From assembly GCA_046598045.1 (NCBI GenBank), contig JBKJJJ010000084.1:1-29116 (forward strand): a stretch of DNA of 29,116 bases, given 5' to 3'. A program made the position numbers and the translations under genes. The DNA is from Candidatus Eiseniibacteriota bacterium (GTDB lineage: Bacteria; Eisenbacteria; RBG-16-71-46; DASYSL01). This document shows, piece by piece, positions 1-7,896 of this stretch. Below the pieces are notes generated by a model. It was given only the letters and a program-made list of their open reading frames with translations, had not been told where the DNA came from and ran no database searches. Numbering within the stretch: position 1 is the first letter of the stretch; the number at the start of each line of letters is the position of its first letter.

Positions 1-188
1 CGGGCCAGTCCACCCTTGGGCGTGTGTCAGCCGCAGGGCGTGATGTAACCGATGACGTCCGAGGTCGAGACGACCGGCAGCATCTTGCCCTTGAGCGCGC
101 CCTGGGACTGGCTCAGCGTGGTGCCGAACGCAGTCAGGGCGAACGCCGACCCGAGCAACACGAGATCGCCAACGCGCAAAGTCTTCAG
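1..188 (-). CDS. Secreted UshA/5'-nucleotidase-like metallophosphoesterase-fold probable selenoprotein (CxU motif), 5' part; runs off the window start
   Basis: The ORF track stops at TGA 27-29, but the frame continues: ...VVSTSDVIGYITPCG-[TGA]-HTPKGGLAR. This matches the T/S-D-x-x-G-x-x-x-PCGC/U-x(4-6)-GGLAR motif. N-terminus is signal-peptide-like (KTLRVGDLVLLGSAFALTAFG). AGGAGG at 197-202 lies 8 nt upstream of an in-frame CTG at 188. Confidence 0.8.
2..15 (-). promoter_or_regulatory. Candidate bacterial SECIS upper stem-loop
   Basis: The mRNA after UGA reads CACACGCCCAA-GGGU-GGACUG-GCCC. The stem starts after 11 nt and the apical loop starts with G at +16. It is cut off by the window edge. 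Confidence 0.55.
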
Positions 189-245
189 AGCCTTCACCTC
201 CTGAGAGGGCCGCGAGCGGCCCTGTGGCGAGCGGAAACGGTCCAG

Positions 246-275
246 AGTGTACGGGCCGCCGACGGGACGGGTCAA
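246..275 (-). promoter_or_regulatory. Sigma70-like promoter for the probable selenoprotein gene
   Basis: TTGACC-N18-TACACT on the minus strand, in the intergenic gap after the lptD stop. Confidence 0.55.
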
Positions 276-311
276 GCCGCCGACCGGTCCGCCCCCCGGC
301 TTTGCAGCGAA

Positions 312-3300
312 TTATTGACCGGCCCCCGAGAGCCCCGGCAGGTTCCCCAGGCCGCCGAATCCGCCGATTCCGGTGGTGCCGCGGTCGAGGTAGATCTCGG
401 GGCGGTCCACGATCCCGATCCGGAAGTAGTAATCGGCCGTCCCCCCCGAAAACCTGCGGACGAACTGCAGACTCCAGCAATGCAGATTGCGCGTGAGCGC
501 GTACTCCTGGGCGACGATGCGCCGCTCGGTCAGGTCGACCTGGTTGTAGTAGTTCAGCAGCCAGTTCGCAGTCGGCCGGATCGAGACCACCGCGTTCGCC
601 GATTCGCGGTGCGTCCACGGCCCGTCGAGCGCGCGGCTCCCCCCGTAGGAAAACGACAGCGAGAGGTTCCACGGCACGAGGGGGTCGGACGGGCGCGCGG
701 TTTGCGCCTCGTTGCCCGCGAGCGGGATGCGGGTCACGGTCTCGGTCGCGCCGCCGCCGGAGAAGCGGAAACCGAGCGAACCCTGGGCGGAGCGCAGCAC
801 GCGGCCGTACGTCAGGTCGTGCTGCAGGCTGAAGTCCCCGGTGACGTAGTTCGGCGGCTGGATGCGGATGCTGGTCGAGATCGGGCGCCACGGCGTCGAG
901 CGGCCGTTGCGGTCGTGCAGGAAGTCGTACGCCGAGTTGAGGTTGATCGAGAGCAGGTTCGACAGGGACTTCTCGCCGTGCTTCGTGCGCACCTTGGCCT
1001 CGAAGCGATTCGACAGGTTGAACGACAGGAAGCTCTGCTGCGATGCCGAGAGCCCGATGCCCGCGAAGGACGGGAAACGGTCCACGGTCGCGAACGTCGA
1101 GTCGGTGAGCGGCACGCGCGCCTTGAGCCCCGGGAAATCCGGCTGGTACGAGTAGCTGACCGACGGGTTGAACACGTGGCGGAAGCTGGTGACCGGACCG
1201 AGCCCGCCCTTCGACGTGCCATAGACCGTCATCGAGGCGCTCGCGCCCGCGCCCCAGGTCGCGCCCGCGGCCGGGCGCTTGCCGGTCACATCCTCGTCGA
1301 ACACGACCTGCGTGTAGCGCAGCGACGGCCCGACGTTGACGAACCCGAACAGGCGGCGCGAGTCCGAGAGCGACGCCTGGTGCTGGTACGCCGCGCGCGC
1401 GATCGTGGTGTCGGCGGGGCTGTAGCTGTTCAGGCTGTCGAGGCGCAGAAATACGTTCACGTCGCGCTGGTTCACGAAGCGGGCATTGAGCGAGTAATAG
1501 GTGCTCGCGAAGAACGGGAGGAACGCGTCCCTCCCCGCCCCCGCCTTGTGCCCGAGCGTGCGCGTCGGGAACGACACCGACAGGCTCGGCAACAACTCCT
1601 CGATGCGCGACACGGGCACCGTGGTCGGGGTGGGCTCGAGGTCCTCGCGCCGCTGCAGGTAGAGATTGAACGAAGCCCAGGGCTGGCGGTGGCTCAACGT
1701 CAGGCTCGAGATCAGGAAGCGGTCCAGGCGCGTCGCGAGCGGATCGCCGGTCAGCGGGTTTTTCGTGTAGTCGCTGCTCGAGCTGAAGTTCGCCTCGGCG
1801 GTGAGCGCCGTGTTGTCGCCGAACTGCTCGTAGTGTCGGCCGTGCAGGTCCCCCGAGCGCGAGTCGGTGAAGTCGATGCGGCGCGCGTAGGATCCGCGGA
1901 CCTCGCCTTCGAAGCGGTAGAGCAGCTTGTAGCGCGCCTCGCCCCGGAGCAGCCAGGACGGAATCGAGGGCTGGTAGTCGCCCGCGAACGTGAAGTCCAT
2001 GTAGTCGTTCGGCGCCCAGTAATAGCCCGCGTTGCGCACGGACCCCTGTCCGTTCGTGAACCCGAACTGGATCTGCGGCACGAGCACGCCCGAGTGCCGG
2101 TCGTCGCGGATGGGGAATATGTAGAACGGCAGCGCGAGCAGCGGGATGCCGCGCACGGCGAACACGAGCGGGCGCGCGATCACCTTGTCCTTGAGATAGA
2201 TCTTCATGCGGTCGGACTCGAACGCGTAGTGCGGGTGGAGCAGGCTACACGTCGTGTAGGTCGCGCCCTTCACGTCGAGCACGGAATCCCCGAGCCGCCG
2301 GATCCGATCGCCCGAGAACCACCCGGTTTCGTAATGCGTGCGCGCACCGTAGACCGCGCCCTTGCGCGCCACGAGGTCGTAGGCGAGCGAGCGCCCGCGC
2401 AGCGTGTCGCCGCGGTCCTCGAGTACGGGGTTCCCGCGCGCCTCGAACACCTGGCGCCTGGAATCGAACACCACCTCGGGCGAGCGGAGCGAGAGCTCCT
2501 GGTAGGTCAGGTGCGCGTCGTCCTCGAGCCGGATGCGATTCTTCGGCACCTCGAACGTGATCTTCCCGGCCTCGTACTCGACGTGGTCCGCGCGGGCGCT
2601 GTCCGCGAGGTCGCTCTCGGCGAGATAGTCACCCTTCGCCGAGCCGGTCACGATCGCGCGCTCGAGCTGCTTGTCCTTGAAGTAGAGCCGGATGCGCTCG
2701 CCGTGCGTGCGGTTCGTCTCCGAGCGCCGGCCCGGGATGGGTGCGCCGGTGAACTCGTTCGCCGCGTGCTGCTCCGCCCACAGCGAATCCACCGCGTCGC
2801 CCGCGAACCAGATCTCCATGCGGTCCGCGCTCAGCGTACTGACCTCGCCGTTCGAGTCCTTGCCCCCGCCGCGGTAGTCGATCGCGCCGGCGCTGCGGAC
2901 GCGCAGGCGCTCGAGGCTCTTGCCCCTCGTGAAGACCTCGAGCGTGTCGCCGCGCACCGCGACCTCGCTCGTCGTCGCCTGCGGGCCGTCGAGCAGCAAT
3001 CCGCGATTCTCCCGATCGAAGAACACCGCATGGCCCGCCGTCGCCGCGAGGCTGTCCTGCAGGACGCGCACGTGCCCATCGGCGTTTGCGACGCGCTCCT
3101 TCGAGTGCACGGTGATGGTGTCGCCGAGCAGCGTCACCGTCCCCTTGCCGTCGCGCGGCGTCTGGACGAGCTTCGGCCCCTGCGTCGCGCGGGCGGTCCC
3201 GGCGCGGCGGTCGTAGTCGAGCGCGTCCGCGGTGAGCGTGATGCCCGCGGTCGAATCGCGCGCGGTGACGCGGCCGCGCGCCTCCGCGCGCTCAGCGTCG

Positions 3301-3947
3301 CGCAGGTAGGCGACGCGGTCGGCGACGATGGTCTGTGCCTTGTCCCGACCGCGCACATGGCTCCATACCTCGGCCCGGCCCTGCTGCTGGTCGTACGAGC
3401 CGAAGTCGCCGGTGAGCACGAGGTCCTTGTCGCGCACGACCACCTGGCCGGTGAGCGTCAGGAAGTCCGAGGTCTCGTTGTACGCGGCCTGCAGCGAGTT
3501 GATGTGGGCCGTCCCGTCGACTGCGTCCACGCCGCCGGTGAGGTAGATCGTGCCCTCGCGCTTGACGTACTTGCCCATCTGGCTCTTCACCATCGTGCCG
3601 TCGCGCGTCAGCGTGACGTTGCCGAGCAGCGTGATGATCTCGCCCTCGGCGTCGGTGCGCCCGCCCTCGAGGCGATCCGCGACCACGTTGTAGGGCCCCC
3701 CCCGGCGCGTGCGCGTCTTGAGCGGTGGCGGCGTGCCCGACGGGGGCGCGCCATACGAGGGCTCGGGCCTGATACGCACGCTGTCGGTCCGCGCCGAGTC
3801 CGCGCGCGCGCTATCCGGCAGTGCGAGCGTGCTCTCGGGCAGGGCCACGATCGGGGCCTGCGCGCGCGCCGGCGGGGCCGGCACCGCGAGCCCGGCGGCG
3901 AGCGCGGCGGCGAGCGCGAGGACCGCGAGGCGCGTGCTCAGAGACAC
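312..3947 (-). CDS. lptD: LPS assembly protein LptD (Bacteroidota-type) with a fused long N-terminal OstA/LptA-like beta-jellyroll region, about 1211 aa
   Basis: GTG at 3947 with GGAG 7 nt upstream, then a signal peptide. Repeated LxGxV/AD-x-x-xY beta-taco units are followed by YTTC-x4-PHY, LPFYIFP, SGVLVP, GYYWAPNDY and C-terminal RNLHCW motifs. Confidence 0.85.
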   Translation of the reverse strand: MSLSTRLAVLALAAALAAGLAVPAPPARAQAPIVALPESTLALPDSARADSARTDSVRIRPEPSYGAPPSGTPPPLKTRTRRGGPYNVVADRLEGGRTDAEGEIITLLGNVTLTRDGTMVKSQMGKYVKREGTIYLTGGVDAVDGTAHINSLQAAYNETSDFLTLTGQVVVRDKDLVLTGDFGSYDQQQGRAEVWSHVRGRDKAQTIVADRVAYLRDAERAEARGRVTARDSTAGITLTADALDYDRRAGTARATQGPKLVQTPRDGKGTVTLLGDTITVHSKERVANADGHVRVLQDSLAATAGHAVFFDRENRGLLLDGPQATTSEVAVRGDTLEVFTRGKSLERLRVRSAGAIDYRGGGKDSNGEVSTLSADRMEIWFAGDAVDSLWAEQHAANEFTGAPIPGRRSETNRTHGERIRLYFKDKQLERAIVTGSAKGDYLAESDLADSARADHVEYEAGKITFEVPKNRIRLEDDAHLTYQELSLRSPEVVFDSRRQVFEARGNPVLEDRGDTLRGRSLAYDLVARKGAVYGARTHYETGWFSGDRIRRLGDSVLDVKGATYTTCSLLHPHYAFESDRMKIYLKDKVIARPLVFAVRGIPLLALPFYIFPIRDDRHSGVLVPQIQFGFTNGQGSVRNAGYYWAPNDYMDFTFAGDYQPSIPSWLLRGEARYKLLYRFEGEVRGSYARRIDFTDSRSGDLHGRHYEQFGDNTALTAEANFSSSSDYTKNPLTGDPLATRLDRFLISSLTLSHRQPWASFNLYLQRREDLEPTPTTVPVSRIEELLPSLSVSFPTRTLGHKAGAGRDAFLPFFASTYYSLNARFVNQRDVNVFLRLDSLNSYSPADTTIARAAYQHQASLSDSRRLFGFVNVGPSLRYTQVVFDEDVTGKRPAAGATWGAGASASMTVYGTSKGGLGPVTSFRHVFNPSVSYSYQPDFPGLKARVPLTDSTFATVDRFPSFAGIGLSASQQSFLSFNLSNRFEAKVRTKHGEKSLSNLLSINLNSAYDFLHDRNGRSTPWRPISTSIRIQPPNYVTGDFSLQHDLTYGRVLRSAQGSLGFRFSGGGATETVTRIPLAGNEAQTARPSDPLVPWNLSLSFSYGGSRALDGPWTHRESANAVVSIRPTANWLLNYYNQVDLTERRIVAQEYALTRNLHCWSLQFVRRFSGGTADYYFRIGIVDRPEIYLDRGTTGIGGFGGLGNLPGLSGAGQ

Positions 3948-5251
3948 TCGAGGTCTCCCCCGCCGACCGCCGCCATCGCCTCGCCGACGACGAACAGCGA
4001 TCCGCACGCGAGCGCGAGCTCGCCGGGCGCGAGCGACGCGAGCGCCAGCGCGACGCCGTCCGCCACGCTCCCCGCTGCGGTCACGGACACGCCCGGCCAG
4101 GCGGCCAGGGCGCGGTGCGCCACGTCGTCGGCCGGGCGCGCGCGCGGCGAGCGCGCGGCCACCGCGAACACGCGGCGCCACGGACCTTGCAGGGCCGCGA
4201 GCATCGCGTCCGCATCCTTGTCCTCGGAGAGGCCGAGCACCAGCGCGCCCGGGGCATCGCCGAGCACCTCGCGCCAGGCGGCGCGCAGCATCGCCGCGCC
4301 CTGCGGGTTGTGCGCGCCGTCCCAGAACAGGCGCGGCTCGGGGGGCGCGGCCTCGAATCTCCCGGGCCAGCGCGCGTGCGCCAGCCCGCGGGCCAGGTCA
4401 TGGGCGGAAAGCGTGGGCGCGTACGTGCGCACGGCGGCGAGCGCGACCGCCGCGTTCGCCACCTGGTGGCGACCGAGCAGCGGCAGGCGCGCGCGCACCT
4501 CGCCCACGCCCTTGACCTCGAACGCGACGTCGCTGCCGCGCCCATCCAGCGCGTGAACGACGTGGCGCGGCACGACCTCCCACGCGGGCACGACCCGGGC
4601 GCCGACCACGCGCGCCTGGTGCTCGATCACGGCGAGCGCGCGCGGATCCTGGGGCGCGACCACCGCGGCGACACCGGGCTTGAGGATGCCGGCCTTCTCC
4701 CTTGCGATCGCCTCGAGCGTGTCGCCCAGCAGCTCGGTGTGGTCGAGCCCGATCGGCGTGATCACCGTGAGCGCGGGAAGGACCACGTTCGTCGAATCGA
4801 GGCGACCGCCGAGGCCGGTCTCGAGCACGGCGAGCTCGACCGCGCGCTCGGCGAACGCGAGCGCGCCGAGCGCGAACGTGACCTCGAAGAAGGTGCGGCC
4901 CCCGGCCGACGGCGCCTCACCCACCCGCTCGAGCAGGCGAGCGACCGTGCCGGGCGGGACGGCGCGGCCATCGATGCGGATGCGTTCGCGGTAGTCGACG
5001 AGGTGGGGCGATGTGAACAAACCGGTGCGCATGCCGCCCTCGCGCAACAGGCGCTCGATCAGCGCGGAGGTCGAGCCCTTGCCGTTCGTGCCCGCGACGT
5101 GGATGGACGGGAATTGGCCCTCGGGGCGACCGAGGTCGTCGAGCAGCGCGCGCGTGCCCGCGAGGCCGAACGGCCCCTTGTTGCCGCGCTCGAGCCCGTA
5201 CAGTCGCTCGATCGCCTCACGGTCGCGATCGGGGAGCGCAGTCACGGGCAT
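3938..5251 (-). CDS. folC: Folylpolyglutamate synthase/dihydrofolate synthase
   Basis: Motifs IHVAGTNGKGST, FTSPHL, ETGLGGRLDSTNV, DGAHNPQG, GSLFVVGE; classic accD-folC order. Start uncertain (5251, 5245 or 5287). Confidence 0.95.
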   Translation of the reverse strand: MPVTALPDRDREAIERLYGLERGNKGPFGLAGTRALLDDLGRPEGQFPSIHVAGTNGKGSTSALIERLLREGGMRTGLFTSPHLVDYRERIRIDGRAVPPGTVARLLERVGEAPSAGGRTFFEVTFALGALAFAERAVELAVLETGLGGRLDSTNVVLPALTVITPIGLDHTELLGDTLEAIAREKAGILKPGVAAVVAPQDPRALAVIEHQARVVGARVVPAWEVVPRHVVHALDGRGSDVAFEVKGVGEVRARLPLLGRHQVANAAVALAAVRTYAPTLSAHDLARGLAHARWPGRFEAAPPEPRLFWDGAHNPQGAAMLRAAWREVLGDAPGALVLGLSEDKDADAMLAALQGPWRRVFAVAARSPRARPADDVAHRALAAWPGVSVTAAGSVADGVALALASLAPGELALACGSLFVVGEAMAAVGGGDLECL

Positions 5252-5267
5252 GTCGCGCGGGCTTGGA

Positions 5268-6158
5268 TCAGGGCCGGTAGACGGCATCGGCCGGGGCGGG
5301 CCGGAAGCCGTCGGTCGACTGCCAGAACATGCCCAGCAGCCGGCCGACCGTATCGTGCATTTCCTTGCGGTGGATGACGGAGTCGACCATCCCGTGCTCG
5401 AGCACGAAGTCCGAACGCTGGAAGCCGGGCGGCAGCTCCTCGCCGATCGTGTCCTGGATCACGCGCGGGCCGGCGAAACCGATCAGCGCGCCGGGCTCGG
5501 CCAGGATCACGTCGCCGAGCGAGGCGTAGGAGGCCATCACGCCCGCGGTCGAAGGATCGGTCAGGATCGAGAGGAACGGCAGGCGCTCCTCCTTGAGCGA
5601 GGCGAGCAGCGCGGAGGTCTTCGCCATCTGCATGAGCGAGAGGATGCCCTCCTGCATGCGCGCACCGCCCGACGCGGTGACGATCACCACGGCGCGGCGC
5701 TCCGCGATCGCGAGCTCGATCGTGCGCGCAATCTTTTCCCCGACGACCGAGCCCATCGAGCCGGCCATGAAGAAGAAGTCCATGACGGCGAGCGCGACCG
5801 GCACCGTGCCGATGGTCGCGCGGCCCGTGCGCACGGCGTCGTTGAGCCCGGTGGCCTCGCGCGCGAGATTGTAGCGCTCGGGGTACTTCATGCGGGCATC
5901 GCGGAACTGCAGCGGGTCCTGCGCGAGCAGGTCGGTGAACAGCTCCTGGAACGAGCCGACGTCGCTCAAGAGGGCGACGTAGGCGCGCGAGGCGATGCGG
6001 AAGTGGTGCCCGCACTTCGGGCAGGTCCACAGCGCGGCCTCGAGCTCGGGCTGGTAGAGGATCTCCCCGCAGCCCTCGCACTTGATGAACAGGCCCTCGG
6101 GGACCTCTTTCTTGTCCTGCGTGGTGATGCCGGTCTGCTTCTTCTTGAGCCAGGACAT
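5268..6158 (-). CDS. accD: Acetyl-CoA carboxylase carboxyltransferase beta subunit
   Basis: Zn finger KCEGC...CPKC; motifs GSMGSVVGEKI, SGGARMQEG, IGFAGPRVI, PPGFQRSDF. Confidence 0.97.
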   Translation of the reverse strand: MSWLKKKQTGITTQDKKEVPEGLFIKCEGCGEILYQPELEAALWTCPKCGHHFRIASRAYVALLSDVGSFQELFTDLLAQDPLQFRDARMKYPERYNLAREATGLNDAVRTGRATIGTVPVALAVMDFFFMAGSMGSVVGEKIARTIELAIAERRAVVIVTASGGARMQEGILSLMQMAKTSALLASLKEERLPFLSILTDPSTAGVMASYASLGDVILAEPGALIGFAGPRVIQDTIGEELPPGFQRSDFVLEHGMVDSVIHRKEMHDTVGRLLGMFWQSTDGFRPAPADAVYRP

Positions 6159-6164
6159 GGTCCC

Positions 6165-7382
6165 TCACTCACTCCGGAGGTCTTTCAACATGACGAGCGC
6201 GTCCTCGCCCGAATCCTGGTAGTAACCGCGCCGCAGCGCGACGGCGTCGAAGCCGAAGCGGCGGTAGAGTTCCTGGGCCGCGAAATTCGAGGCCCGCACC
6301 TCGAGCGTGATGCGCTCCGCGCCGGCTTCCTGCGCGCGCACGAGCAACCACTCGAGCAGCGCCTGGCCGGCGCCCCGCCGCTGGTACTCGGGCGCGACCG
6401 CGAGGTTCCCGAGGTGCATCTCCGCGTCGAGTCGCCACGCGAGCAGGTACCCGGCCAGCTTACCACGGTGCCGCGCGGCGCACGCCACCGACTGGGGCAC
6501 GCGAATTTCCTCGAGAAAGAACTGCCGCGGCCACGGGTCGGTGAACAGGAGGTTCTCGATCACCAGCGCCTCGTCGAGGTCGGCCTCGGTGAGGGGGCCG
6601 AACGCGAGCTCGTCGGCGAACGGCCGCCGGGCCGGCGCGCGCTCGACCGCCTGCGGCGCGCGCACGTAGAGCGGCCGCGCGGTCTGCGGCGCGCCGCCCT
6701 GTCCGAGCAGCCGCGCCCCGGCGCGCGCGAGCGCAGAGGCGAGCGGCCCGTCCGCGCCCAGTACCTCCCCGCCGTCCGCCCCGCCGGGCGCATGCGTCGA
6801 TCCCGGGAAGCGCGCCTCGAGCGCCGCGCGGTCGCGCGCCGCGCCGGGCCCGAGGAACAGGGGCAGAACGTTGCGCGGGCAGAGCGCGAGCGCGGCGAGC
6901 ACCGCGTCGCCGGTCCTCGCCACGTCGCCGACCGCCGGGCCGCGCAGGATCATCAGCCGCCCGGTCGCGTCGCCGCGATAGAACCCGGCGTAGGACAGGT
7001 CGCGCCCGGCGATCACGAGCGGCACCACGAGCCGGTCCGGCGCGTCCAGCCCCTCGACCAGCGCGGCAAACGAGGTCACGCCCACGACCCTCGTGTCGAA
7101 CGGCTGGGCGAGCCCACGCGCGGTCGCGAGGCCGACCCGCAGCGCGGTGAACGATCCCGGGCCGACGTCGATCGCCACGCCCGCGAGGTCCTTCGCGCTC
7201 AAGCCGGCCGCGGCGAGCGTCTCGAGCGCGAGCGCGAGCAGGTTCTTCGCGTGCGCATGCGCGGAGTCGCGCGCCTTCTCGGCGGCCGGCGCACCCTGCG
7301 CGTCGAACACGCAGGTCACGATGCGGTCACCCGAGCACTCGATCGCGAGGCCCCGGAATGGGGCGGCGGCCGGCGCGCTCAT
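6165..7382 (-). CDS. tsaB-rimI: Fused tRNA t6A biosynthesis protein TsaB and RimI-type N-acetyltransferase
   Basis: ATG overlaps the tsaE stop (ATGA). N-terminal GPGSFTALRVG (TsaB) and C-terminal NLAVAPEYQRRGAG, LEVRASNFAAQELY, RRGYY..EDALVM (RimI), with no stop between them. Confidence 0.9.
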   Translation of the reverse strand: MSAPAAAPFRGLAIECSGDRIVTCVFDAQGAPAAEKARDSAHAHAKNLLALALETLAAAGLSAKDLAGVAIDVGPGSFTALRVGLATARGLAQPFDTRVVGVTSFAALVEGLDAPDRLVVPLVIAGRDLSYAGFYRGDATGRLMILRGPAVGDVARTGDAVLAALALCPRNVLPLFLGPGAARDRAALEARFPGSTHAPGGADGGEVLGADGPLASALARAGARLLGQGGAPQTARPLYVRAPQAVERAPARRPFADELAFGPLTEADLDEALVIENLLFTDPWPRQFFLEEIRVPQSVACAARHRGKLAGYLLAWRLDAEMHLGNLAVAPEYQRRGAGQALLEWLLVRAQEAGAERITLEVRASNFAAQELYRRFGFDAVALRRGYYQDSGEDALVMLKDLRSE

Positions 7383-7888
7383 GCGCCCTCGAGCGCGGTG
7401 GCGAGCGCGGGTTCGCGACCGGCCCAGCGTGCGCCGTGGCCCGCGATGCGCACGCGGCGCGGCTCGGCCGGACCGCCCGGCGCGGGCACGGCAGCGGGCA
7501 CGTCCTCGATCGTGACCAGCACGTGGTCCGGATAGTCGGCCGCGAGGCGCGCGCCCCACTCCGCCGCGACCACCCCGTGCTCGAGGAACTCGTCGAGCCC
7601 CAGGTCGAGGAGCGAGCTGCCCTCGGCGAGCCGGTAGAGGTCGAGGTGCGCGAGATCCGCGCGCGCGCCGCGCCAGGCTCTGGCGTGATGTTCGTGCACC
7701 AGCGTAAAGGTCGGCGACTTGACCGCGCCCCGGAGCCCGAGCCCGCGCGCGAGCCCCTGCACGAACACGGTCTTGCCCGCGCCGAGCCCGCCCTCGAGCA
7801 GGACGACGTCGCCGGCCGCGAGCGCTTTGCCGAGCGCCTCGCCGAGCGCGCGCGTCGCGGCCTCGCTGTCGGTCGTGCGGTCGAACAA
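7379..7888 (-). CDS. tsaE: tRNA threonylcarbamoyladenosine biosynthesis ATPase TsaE
   Basis: Motifs LEGGLGAGKTVF, VKSPTFTLV, HLDLYRL, AEW. Start is TTG at 7888 (GAGG 6 nt upstream) or CTG at 7900. Confidence 0.93.
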   Translation of the reverse strand: MFDRTTDSEAATRALGEALGKALAAGDVVLLEGGLGAGKTVFVQGLARGLGLRGAVKSPTFTLVHEHHARAWRGARADLAHLDLYRLAEGSSLLDLGLDEFLEHGVVAAEWGARLAADYPDHVLVTIEDVPAAVPAPGGPAEPRRVRIAGHGARWAGREPALATALEGA

Positions 7889-7896
7889 GCGAAGCC

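Noticed and set aside
24..4556. 1510-aa plus-strand ORF and the other long plus-strand ORFs (5013-7535, 7963-9561, 10209-12179, 20660-23062, etc.)
   Set aside because: These are antisense shadows of well-supported minus-strand genes in high-GC DNA. They are Arg/Ala-rich and show no recognisable motifs.
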